Assembly (NCBI GenBank): GCA_947259855.1
Contig: CAMYNV010000008.1
Coordinates: 63,688-127,687 of the forward strand
Direction: 5' to 3'
From: an uncultured Muriicola sp.
Lineage (GTDB): Bacteria > Bacteroidota > Bacteroidia > Flavobacteriales > Flavobacteriaceae
DNA length: 64,000 nt
A model generated the notes under the pieces. The model made no database searches. It saw only the letters and a program-made list of their open reading frames with translations, and was not told the DNA's origin. A program made the position numbers and the translations under genes. This document shows positions 28,936 to 37,358 of the stretch, piece after piece. Each line of letters begins with the position of its first letter. Position 1 is the stretch's first letter.

Positions 28936-29601
28936 ATGATTACTGCTACCAATATTCAAAAAAGGTTTGGGCAATTACAAGTTCTTAAAGGAGTTGATCT
29001 TACCATTAAAAAAGGCGAGATCGTATCCATTGTCGGAGCCTCCGGAGCAGGTAAAACAACCTTGTTACAAATACTTGGAACGCTGGACATTCAATCGAAC
29101 CAAAAGGAAAGTGTTCTTAAGATAAATGAAGTAGATGTTACCGGCTTAAGGGACAAAGAGCTGGCCAGGTTTCGCAACGAGCATATTGGCTTTATTTTTC
29201 AATTCCATCAATTACTACCCGAATTCTCCGCGGTAGAAAATGTATGCATACCGGCATTTATTAAGAGAACAGCTCCTGATATAGCGGAAGAAAAAGCCAA
29301 AGAACTTTTAGATCTTTTGGGGCTAACCGACAGGTATTATCACAAGCCCAGTGAACTTTCGGGAGGTGAACAGCAACGAGTGGCTGTAGCACGTGCCCTA
29401 ATTAATAATCCTTCTGTTATCCTCGCAGATGAACCAAGTGGAAACCTCGATTCTGAAAGTGCCGATGTTCTTCATAAGCTTTTTTTTGAGTTACGCGACC
29501 AATTGGGCCAAACCTTTGTCATCGTTACCCATAATGAGGAATTGGCAGACATGGCCGACAGAAAACTTACTATGGTAGATGGGCAAATCGTTCGGCATTA
29601 A
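28936..29601 (+). CDS. lolD: ABC transporter ATP-binding protein, LolD/MacB-ATPase type
   Basis: Walker [10 protein letters not shown], signature [15 protein letters not shown], Walker [12 protein letters not shown]. No permease gene adjacent. Confidence 0.8.
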   Translation: MITATNIQKRFGQLQVLKGVDLTIKKGEIVSIVGASGAGKTTLLQILGTLDIQSNQKESVLKINEVDVTGLRDKELARFRNEHIGFIFQFHQLLPEFSAVENVCIPAFIKRTAPDIAEEKAKELLDLLGLTDRYYHKPSELSGGEQQRVAVARALINNPSVILADEPSGNLDSESADVLHKLFFELRDQLGQTFVIVTHNEELADMADRKLTMVDGQIVRH

Positions 29602-30158
29602 TGTTAAGGCATGTATGGAAATTTTTGTGTAAACCTACCTACCGGTCCTATTCAAATGCCCCTGTTTGGTACAAACGCAAAATATTTTTCAATTTATTAG
29701 GTTGGAACCTGCTAATCGGCATAACGATTGCCCTTTTAAATGTTCAGTTAGCAAGTTCTTTTGGCATAGATACCGGAGAACATGCCACCGAAAAATTATT
29801 CAAGGAATTTTCCCTTTTTACAATTTTTTGTATCGTGGTTCTTTTTGCACCAATTGTTGAAGAATTAATGTTTCGGGGACCTTTGGTGTTTTTTAAATCA
29901 TCGGCATATTTCAACATTGCCTATTACCTCTCCATTATAGGTTTTGCAGCAATTCATGTGAGTAATTTTGAAAACATGGAAGAGGGGCTATGGTTGCTTC
30001 CACTTTTGGTAGCTCCCCAGTTCATCATGGGGATTTTTCTGGGATATATTCGAGTAACACTAGGGCTTTCGTGGTCTGTTTTGCTTCATGCTTGCCACAA
30101 TGGGATCTTAATGACTCCCATGATCCTCTCGGAATTATTAAAAATTCCTATCGAATGA
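29601..30158 (+). CDS. CPBP (CAAX) family intramembrane glutamic endopeptidase
   Basis: EELMFRG and HACHN motifs. Its start overlaps the lolD stop (TAATG). Confidence 0.8.
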   Translation: MLRHVWKFLCKPTYRSYSNAPVWYKRKIFFNLLGWNLLIGITIALLNVQLASSFGIDTGEHATEKLFKEFSLFTIFCIVVLFAPIVEELMFRGPLVFFKSSAYFNIAYYLSIIGFAAIHVSNFENMEEGLWLLPLLVAPQFIMGIFLGYIRVTLGLSWSVLLHACHNGILMTPMILSELLKIPIE

Positions 30159-30919
30159 GAAAGGCCGAATTAAAGGAGTTTTTGGACGCCAAGGTAAAGG
30201 AGTATAATCGCCCTTCCTTTTTAAGCACTGACCCAATCCAGGTTCCACATCATTTTACATTGAAAGAAGACATAGAAATTAGTGGCTTCCTTACTGCAAC
30301 CATTGCCTGGGGAAATAGAAAGAGCATCATCCACAATGCGCTTTATCTTATGGATCTGTTGGATAGATCGCCCTTCCAGTTCGTCATGGAACATAGCACC
30401 AACGACCTGAAAAATCTCGATTCATTTGTACATAGAACATTCAATGGGATAGACCTTGCTTACTTTATAAAAGGATTGCAACATATATACAGGACGCATG
30501 GCGGGTTGGAAGAAGTTTATACAACCTATGCTCACAAAAAAACCCTACAGCCAGCTATTTCAGTTTTTAAAGAACTTTTTTTTGAGCTACCACACCCTAA
30601 ACGCACTCAAAAACATATTTCTGACCCCGGTAAAGGTTCTGCTGCCAAACGCATCAATATGTTCTTACGCTGGATGGTGCGAGATGAAAGGACTGGGGTT
30701 GACTTCGGTTTGTGGAAAGACATAAGCCCTTCACAATTATCCTGTCCGTTGGATGTACATTCAGGCAAAGTAGCTCGAAAATTAGGGTTGTTGCTTCGCA
30801 AACAGAACGATGCCAGGGCCGTTGAAGAATTGGATCGAAATCTTCGGCTCCTGGACCCAGCCGATCCTGTTAAATACGACTTTGCACTGTTTGGATTAGG
30901 AGTTTTCGAAAAATTCTGA
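30155..30919 (+). CDS. TIGR02757 (DUF2400) family protein
   Basis: ATG at 30155 overlaps the CPBP stop (ATGA). MRKAELKEFLDAKVKEYNRPSFLSTDPIQVPHHF... matches my recollection of this Bacteroidota/Campylobacterota family. The track's longer ORF from 29990 overlaps the CPBP gene. Confidence 0.6.
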   Translation: MRKAELKEFLDAKVKEYNRPSFLSTDPIQVPHHFTLKEDIEISGFLTATIAWGNRKSIIHNALYLMDLLDRSPFQFVMEHSTNDLKNLDSFVHRTFNGIDLAYFIKGLQHIYRTHGGLEEVYTTYAHKKTLQPAISVFKELFFELPHPKRTQKHISDPGKGSAAKRINMFLRWMVRDERTGVDFGLWKDISPSQLSCPLDVHSGKVARKLGLLLRKQNDARAVEELDRNLRLLDPADPVKYDFALFGLGVFEKF

Positions 30920-31092
30920 TTGACTTTTTTGCGTATTATGCAATGTTTTATACGAAAAATCACATATATGGCAACATTTGTTATAATTCAATATATTTTT
31001 CTTAACTATATTGCAATTTCTATATATAATTCTTAAATTTAAAGTACAATCTAACTAATTACTATTCAAACGAAGCCGATAAAAGAGGATGA

Positions 31093-31455
31093 ATGGTAAG
31101 TAGTTACTCTATTACTTCAAAAAAGGATTACCTGGCATTGACCATAACCGGGCAATACGATTATTGGGAATTTATTAGATATCCGGACGAAATTTTACAG
31201 GACTGTAAGGAATGGAAGATCTACAAGGTCCTGGTTGATCTCCGTCCCTTGAAAGCGAACGATGTATCGATGATCGAACTCTTTTTCCTTGGGGAAAAAA
31301 TAGGACATGTTTTTAGGAATACTGTTAAACTTGCACTGGTCTGGAAAAAAGAATCCTTATCAGAATTCATGGTAGACGTCGCAACTAACAGGTCTGCATC
31401 CTTAAAAGTCTTTGATTCTGAAAAAAGAGCTTCATTTTGGTTGCTAAATGATTAA
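31093..31455 (+). CDS. Orphan 120-aa protein, possibly a STAS/SpoIIAA-like fold
   Basis: ATG ORF after a 170-nt AT-rich spacer. Pattern (DYLALTITGQYDYWEF...VLVDLRPLK...) is reminiscent of stand-alone STAS-like domains. Weak assignment. Confidence 0.4.
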   Translation: MVSSYSITSKKDYLALTITGQYDYWEFIRYPDEILQDCKEWKIYKVLVDLRPLKANDVSMIELFFLGEKIGHVFRNTVKLALVWKKESLSEFMVDVATNRSASLKVFDSEKRASFWLLND

Positions 31456-31496
31456 TAGCATCTTATTTAAACTCGTTTAGTTAGAGGTGAAAGGAA

Positions 31497-32630
31497 CTAC
31501 ACCAACCCCATCGCACCCAAGTTTAGCTTTACCTTCTTATTTCCTGAAGCAATGGATTCATAGATGGCCTCAACGACGATCATATCGCGTTTCCCCATTT
31601 CCCCGGGTGCTCTGTTTGGAGTGCCTTGTAATATATGACTTGCGAAATCGTCCATTTGAAGTTTCTGTTGACTTTCATGAGGAAACGACAAAGGCCCACG
31701 AGCGGTTTGTCCGCTCAATGGTCCATAATTATTTGCCGGTTCTAATTGAAACCAACCCCGTTCGCAGGAGGCAAACAGGCGATTGGCATTGGCATTATGC
31801 GATGTCATTATATTCCCAGCCGCACCTCCCGGGAATTGAAATTGCGCTGTAACCGTCTCGTCGGTGTCCTTAAAATAATCGGGCCTGGTACTATACTCCT
31901 GGGCAGTTACGCTTATCGGATTTTCTCCGGTACCATAAATAGCGCTCTGAATACTGTAAACTCCCATATTCATTAAAGCGCCGCCTCCTGATAGGGCCTT
32001 ATTTAACCGCCATTGATTTGGATTGCCTCTTGATGTGTAGGCCGCATCTGCCGATATATAGGTTACGTTACCAAAAGTCTTTTCACTCACAAAACGCTTC
32101 ACTTCCTGGGTATATGGCTCCGAATGCAAACGATACCCAACTCCTAATTTTACCTTGGCATCCTTGCATGCATTGATGATAGCATTGCACTCCTGCACAG
32201 AGACCGCCATTGGCTTTTCACAAATCACATGTTTCCCGGCTTGCGCCGCCCGTATTGAAAATTCCATGTGCATGCTATTTGGTAATACGACATAGACAAT
32301 ATCGATATCCTCATTCTCAGCAATCCGATCAAAATTCTCGTAATTGTAAATATTTTGTTTGGGTATCTCATATTTATCAGACCATATCCTTTCCTTTTCC
32401 GGAGTACCAGTGACGATACCTGCCAAATGACAGTAGTGCGTATCCTGCAATGCAGGGGCTAACTGATAGGTGCTATAGTTACCCAATCCTACTAATGCGA
32501 CCCCCAGGGACTTTTTAGTATTTTTTTCGGCTCCAAAGGCACAGGCAAAAGGCATTCCGCTTATTATCCCGGCACCAGCAATTCCTTTGGTAAGTGTTAT
32601 ATTGAATGCTCTTCGTGAAAATTTATTCAT
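31497..32630 (-). CDS. Gfo/Idh/MocA-family oxidoreductase with twin-arginine signal
   Basis: MNKFSRRAFNITLTKGIAGAGII (Tat-like SRRAF), then LGVALVGLGNYS Rossmann motif. Confidence 0.85.
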   Translation of the reverse strand: MNKFSRRAFNITLTKGIAGAGIISGMPFACAFGAEKNTKKSLGVALVGLGNYSTYQLAPALQDTHYCHLAGIVTGTPEKERIWSDKYEIPKQNIYNYENFDRIAENEDIDIVYVVLPNSMHMEFSIRAAQAGKHVICEKPMAVSVQECNAIINACKDAKVKLGVGYRLHSEPYTQEVKRFVSEKTFGNVTYISADAAYTSRGNPNQWRLNKALSGGGALMNMGVYSIQSAIYGTGENPISVTAQEYSTRPDYFKDTDETVTAQFQFPGGAAGNIMTSHNANANRLFASCERGWFQLEPANNYGPLSGQTARGPLSFPHESQQKLQMDDFASHILQGTPNRAPGEMGKRDMIVVEAIYESIASGNKKVKLNLGAMGLV

Positions 32631-32774
32631 AATAATTCGATTAATTGAATACTATTAAGTCCTTCTAAGATACTAACTATTCTGCTTGGAAAAGAAGCCT
32701 GAACGACATGCACGGACATGCCACAGTTTTTCAACTTAATTTGCTATTTTTAAAGTCAACTAAATGAACCTCCT

Positions 32775-34280
32775 ATGAAAATCAAGGTCTTGCTTACGAT
32801 ACCCGTACTTTTTTATCTCCAACTACTTTTAGGCCAAAACCGGACCCTTCCTGTAGACACCACGGTTACTACACAACACAGTGTCACGATAAATGGTACC
32901 ACTTTTTCATATACGGCAAAAACAGGGACACAACCTGTCTGGGATGAGTTAGGAAAACCCATCGCGTCCCTTCACTACACTTATTACACCCGGAATGGTG
33001 TTAAAGACAGGTCTTCAAGACCACTTCTTATATCCTTCAATGGGGGTCCCGGATCTGGTTCGGTTTGGATGCATCTGGCGTATACTGGTCCGCGGATTTT
33101 GAAGATCGATGATGAAGGATATCCTGTGCAGCCCTATGGGGTGAAGCAAAATCCATTTTCTGTACTGGATGTAACCGATATTGTTTATGTAAATCCGGCG
33201 AACACAGGGTATAGCCGTACGATACCTGAAACGGGCAAAGATCCTGAAAGTGGAAAAGAAGTAGACCGAAGTAAATTTTTCGGTATTAACGCGGATATCA
33301 AATACCTCGCAGAATGGTTAAATACCTTTGTTACACGCAACAGCCGCTGGCGTTCTCCAAAATATATCATTGGTGAAAGTTATGGCGGAACCCGGGTCAT
33401 GGGGCTGTCACTAGCTCTCCAAAATCAGCAGTGGATGTATTTAAATGGGGTCATCATGGTGAGTCCGGCAGATTATAAGGTAATTCGCGTGGGCGGCCCC
33501 GTAAGTGATGCTATTAAACTCCCCTATTTTACAGCTGCAGCCTGGCATCACAAGGCCCTTCCGGCAACACTTCAAGATAAAGATCTACTGGAGATTCTTC
33601 CGGAGTCAGAAGAATATACCATAAATAGTTTGATTCCCGCTATAGCCAAAGGAGGCTTTATAAGTGACACGGAAAAAAATGCCGTCGCAGAAAAAATGGC
33701 CTATTATTCCGGTTTAACCAAGCAAGAGATCCTGGATCAAAACCTGATAGTGCCTACCTCCTATTTTTGGAAATCACTCCTGAGAGATCGGGGATATACC
33801 GTTGGCAGATTAGATAGTCGCTATCTTGGACTTGATAAACAAAAGGCGGGTATGCGACCCGATTATAATTCGGAGATCACTTCATGGCTGCATAGTTTTA
33901 CGCCAGCCATCAATTACTATTTACAGGAAGAACTTAATTTTAAGACCGATATTAAATATAATATGTTTGGTCCTGTTAGGCCCTGGGATAATGAAAATGA
34001 CAATACCCGGGATGACCTGCGCCAGGCCATGGCTCAAAACCCATATCTGAATGTCCTTGTACAAAGTGGCTATTATGATGGGGCTACCACCTATTTCAAT
34101 GCCAAATATACCATGTGGCAGGTAGATCCAAGCGGGAGGATGAAAGACCGTTTTGAATTTAAGGGATACCGTAGCGGGCACATGATGTACCTGAGAAGAG
34201 AAGACTTAAAACAAGCCAATGACGATATCAGGGCCTTTATAAAAAGGACACAATCTGATGGTAAATCTGCTAAATATTAA
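32775..34280 (+). CDS. Secreted serine carboxypeptidase (peptidase S10 family)
   Basis: Signal peptide, FNGGPGSGS and catalytic GESYGG motifs, C-terminal GHMMY. Confidence 0.8.
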   Translation: MKIKVLLTIPVLFYLQLLLGQNRTLPVDTTVTTQHSVTINGTTFSYTAKTGTQPVWDELGKPIASLHYTYYTRNGVKDRSSRPLLISFNGGPGSGSVWMHLAYTGPRILKIDDEGYPVQPYGVKQNPFSVLDVTDIVYVNPANTGYSRTIPETGKDPESGKEVDRSKFFGINADIKYLAEWLNTFVTRNSRWRSPKYIIGESYGGTRVMGLSLALQNQQWMYLNGVIMVSPADYKVIRVGGPVSDAIKLPYFTAAAWHHKALPATLQDKDLLEILPESEEYTINSLIPAIAKGGFISDTEKNAVAEKMAYYSGLTKQEILDQNLIVPTSYFWKSLLRDRGYTVGRLDSRYLGLDKQKAGMRPDYNSEITSWLHSFTPAINYYLQEELNFKTDIKYNMFGPVRPWDNENDNTRDDLRQAMAQNPYLNVLVQSGYYDGATTYFNAKYTMWQVDPSGRMKDRFEFKGYRSGHMMYLRREDLKQANDDIRAFIKRTQSDGKSAKY

Positions 34281-34497
34281 AAATATAGATTTTCGATAGT
34301 TAACGGCATTTTCAATAAAATGTCACATAATTAATGCCATTGGGTGCACTAAAACGGCCATCCTTTTAATATAGCTGCATTCATATTTTAATAATTTTCC
34401 ATTTTTTCGATGAAATGGCTTGTCTTGCTACACTTTTATGATGACTTCGTCGTTAGTAATTCATACTTAGAGTCATTAATAAACAAAACTTTAAATA

Positions 34498-35358
34498 ATG
34501 AAAAATTGGAGAGCTTATAGCTTATTACTTGTTTTTACTATTGTTCTTTTGGCTTCCTGTGAGAAGTCTGAAGAAAGTCCGGAAAATGAAAATAGTCTAA
34601 CACTGCCACCCTATGAGTCAATGGTTATAGATTTTGGGGAATTCGCAGAAGATTCTAATTCAGGAAAAAGTGCTGCCCTGGTTTATGATAACAAAGCTCC
34701 TAACGGAAATTGGGTTTTTTCACGAATTGTGGTAGGTGTTTGGAATTCTGCCCTTTTCACTACCCTTGCGGTACCTGTGGCTGCATTTCAAACAGCTTTC
34801 GCTCACAGTCCGGAAAATTTAGGAGATAATACCTGGCAATGGACCTATAGTGTAGATGGATTTACCAGTGAATATACAGCGCGCCTAACAGGTGAGGTGA
34901 CTGGTGAAGAAGTTCTTTGGGAAATGTATATCACCAAAACTGGAATCGGTGCTTTTGAGGAATTCCTTTGGTTTTCAGGTAGTTCTGCAATGAATGGTAA
35001 CAGCGGCCAATGGATATTAAACCAAAGTCCCGAATGGCCCTACGCAATGTTGCAAATAGACTGGGAACGTGCAAATGAAGAAGTTGCTGCTATCAGATAT
35101 ACCTGGGTAAGGGAAATGGATGAACAGGAAAACGTCGATTTGTTTAGAAACAGTTATTTGGTATATGGACTTCAGGAAGGTGATTTTGATGCTTATTTCA
35201 CTGCACATGCCTACGACAGTAATATACAGGATTTCGCAGATGTTCGAATTGAATGGAGCCGCGATACCTTTGCAGGTAGAGTAATGGCTGCTAATTATTT
35301 TGAAGATGAAGCATGGCATTGCTGGGATAGTACCGGTGAAGATGTTCTATGTGAATAG
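34498..35358 (+). CDS. Acidic lipoprotein, unknown function
   Basis: MKNWRAYSLLLVFTIVLLASCEKSEE lipobox. 286 aa, Trp/acidic-rich. Followed by a strong terminator. Confidence 0.6.
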   Translation: MKNWRAYSLLLVFTIVLLASCEKSEESPENENSLTLPPYESMVIDFGEFAEDSNSGKSAALVYDNKAPNGNWVFSRIVVGVWNSALFTTLAVPVAAFQTAFAHSPENLGDNTWQWTYSVDGFTSEYTARLTGEVTGEEVLWEMYITKTGIGAFEEFLWFSGSSAMNGNSGQWILNQSPEWPYAMLQIDWERANEEVAAIRYTWVREMDEQENVDLFRNSYLVYGLQEGDFDAYFTAHAYDSNIQDFADVRIEWSRDTFAGRVMAANYFEDEAWHCWDSTGEDVLCE

Positions 35359-35376
35359 TCGACATTTTAAAATTTT

Positions 35377-35410
35377 AAAACCCTGTATTCGCTAATACAG
35401 GGTTTTTTTG
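35377..35410 (+). terminator. Rho-independent terminator
   Basis: AAACCCTGTATT-cgct-AATACAGGGTTT followed by TTTTTG. Confidence 0.8.
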
Positions 35411-35504
35411 TTTCTACCTGGTTCTTAGTGATTCCCTTCAAAGGTTATGTGTTTTATTTATGTTTTTTCATTTCGTATCTTTTCGAGAAATAATCAAAGC
35501 CATA

Positions 35505-36197
35505 ATGCACTTTAAATCTCCAAAAATCTTTGCAGTGATTTGCTGTCTTTTCATGTGTTCAATAATAAGTGCACAGGATTGGGCACAGCTTGATGTATAT
35601 AAAGGAGCAAATAAAAGTTTGAACGAGCCGTCTGATATTGAAGAACGTGTTGTTTTCTATGGAAACTCAATTACCATAGGATGGTCAGATGCTATGCCAG
35701 GCTTTTTTGAAGGAAAAGCATATATAAACAGGGGTATTAGCGGCCAAACCACCCCTCAAATGCTGGTACGCTTCAGACAAGACGTACTATCCTTAAAGCC
35801 GAAGGCTGTAGTAATCCTTGCGGGGACCAATGACATTGCAGGAAACACAGGTCCAATGACGCTAAAACAGATTCTTGGCAATTTGATCTCTATGAGCCAA
35901 TTGGCTAGGGCGAATGACATAGAAGTGGTATTGTGCTCCGTACTACCCGCCTCAGATTACCCATGGAAGCCTGGTATGCAGCCCAATCTAAAAATCCCTG
36001 AACTGAATGCCATGATCAAGGAATATGCAGAAAAAAACAAGCTGATATATCTCGATTACTTTTCTGCCCTTGTTAACGATTCCAATGGCATGGATGAAGA
36101 ACTGGCACATGATGGAGTTCACCCTACAAAAAAGGGATATGCCATTATGGCCCCCTTAGCGGAGAACGCCATTAAAAAGGCATTGAAGCGTAAGTAA
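35505..36197 (+). CDS. SGNH/GDSL-family hydrolase (lipase/acylhydrolase)
   Basis: Signal peptide from the ATG at 35505 (MHFKSPKIFAVICCLFMCSIISAQ). Blocks GNSIT, GISGQT, GTND, DGVHP. Confidence 0.8.
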   Translation: MHFKSPKIFAVICCLFMCSIISAQDWAQLDVYKGANKSLNEPSDIEERVVFYGNSITIGWSDAMPGFFEGKAYINRGISGQTTPQMLVRFRQDVLSLKPKAVVILAGTNDIAGNTGPMTLKQILGNLISMSQLARANDIEVVLCSVLPASDYPWKPGMQPNLKIPELNAMIKEYAEKNKLIYLDYFSALVNDSNGMDEELAHDGVHPTKKGYAIMAPLAENAIKKALKRK

Positions 36198-36242
36198 TTT
36201 AATTGAACCTAACATTGTTTTCTAATCGTGTGAAATTTTATA

Positions 36243-37250
36243 ATGGACCGAGCGCTGGTAAGCATTTTAATTCCGTTTAAAAATACTGCTGAATTTTTAC
36301 CTGAGTGCTTGCAATCTATTCTGGATCAGCATTATAAGGATTGGGAAGTACTTGCGGTAGACGACCATTCCACAGATAATAGCAGGGAGATCGTCAATGC
36401 CTATGCGCTAAAAAATCCTGGAATTAAAGTATTCGACAATGAAGGAAGTGGCATTATTCCAGCCCTCAGAACAGCCTATAAACGATCTGAAGGTAGCTAT
36501 ATAACCCGTATGGATTCGGATGATATCATGAAGCCCCATAAACTGAGCACCCTGGTTGCTTTATTGAATAAAAATGGAAAAGGCTCCCTGGCCGTGGGCA
36601 AGGTTCAATATTTTTCAGAAAGAGGCATTAGCAATGGCTATAAACGTTATGAAGACTGGCTTAATAAATTAACCCTGCATGGTACTAATTTTAGTGAACG
36701 CTATAAAGAATGTGTGATCCCATCACCTTGTTGGATGCTACATCGGGAAGATCTGGATAGTTGTGGGGCATTCGATCACGGGCGCTATCCGGAAGACTAC
36801 GATCTGGCATTTCGGATGTATCAGGGAGGCTTGCAATGCCTGGCCTGTGATGAAGTATTGCATTTATGGCGAGATTACGAAACACGGACCTCCCGAACCA
36901 GTATTCATTACGCTCAAAATTATTTTTTGGACATAAAATTATTTTACTTTTTAAAATTAGACTGGGATTCTGAACGCCCAATTGTAGTATGGGGAGCCGG
37001 TAACAAAGGTAAAACAATAGCGAAGGCCTTGTTAGAAAAAAAGATCCCATTTCATTGGGTTTGCGACAATCCCAACAAGATAGGTAGAAAGATCTACGGC
37101 AAAACGATGATGTCCTATACCGCTGTAAATTCCTTACAGGATCCGCAAAGCATAATTACCGTAGCAAATGAAGATGCTCAACGATTAATAACAAGTTTTT
37201 TCCACAGCTTGGAAAAAAAATCCATGGACGATTATTTTTTCTTTTGTTGA
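36243..37250 (+). CDS. Family 2 glycosyltransferase with a C-terminal Rossmann-like extension
   Basis: VSILIPFKN...DDHSTDNS...RMDSDD (GT-A DxD). The C-terminal ~90 aa contain IVVWGAGNKGKTIAKALL. Confidence 0.75.
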   Translation: MDRALVSILIPFKNTAEFLPECLQSILDQHYKDWEVLAVDDHSTDNSREIVNAYALKNPGIKVFDNEGSGIIPALRTAYKRSEGSYITRMDSDDIMKPHKLSTLVALLNKNGKGSLAVGKVQYFSERGISNGYKRYEDWLNKLTLHGTNFSERYKECVIPSPCWMLHREDLDSCGAFDHGRYPEDYDLAFRMYQGGLQCLACDEVLHLWRDYETRTSRTSIHYAQNYFLDIKLFYFLKLDWDSERPIVVWGAGNKGKTIAKALLEKKIPFHWVCDNPNKIGRKIYGKTMMSYTAVNSLQDPQSIITVANEDAQRLITSFFHSLEKKSMDDYFFFC

Positions 37251-37358
37251 ACCCCGGTTATCTTTTCCTTGGTTTGAGAAACCAATCAGATCTCACAAAG
37301 GCAATGATGAACTTTCTACTGTCAAAATTTAGTTATATTTGCCAAATGTTTGTAGGGA

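Noticed and set aside
29990-30154. Longer 309-aa version of the TIGR02757 ORF, plus ORFs 29666..29860 and 30498..30725 and the minus-strand ORF 30607..30963.
   Set aside because: The extension overlaps the CPBP gene in another frame. The ATGA stop/start overlap at 30155 gives a clean junction. The other ORFs are alternative- or shadow-frame ORFs within supported genes.
31487-31976. Plus-strand ORFs 31487..31852 and 31746..31976.
   Set aside because: They are antisense to the Tat-signal Gfo/Idh/MocA oxidoreductase, which has clear Rossmann and signal motifs. Their translations are Pro/Arg/His-rich artefacts.
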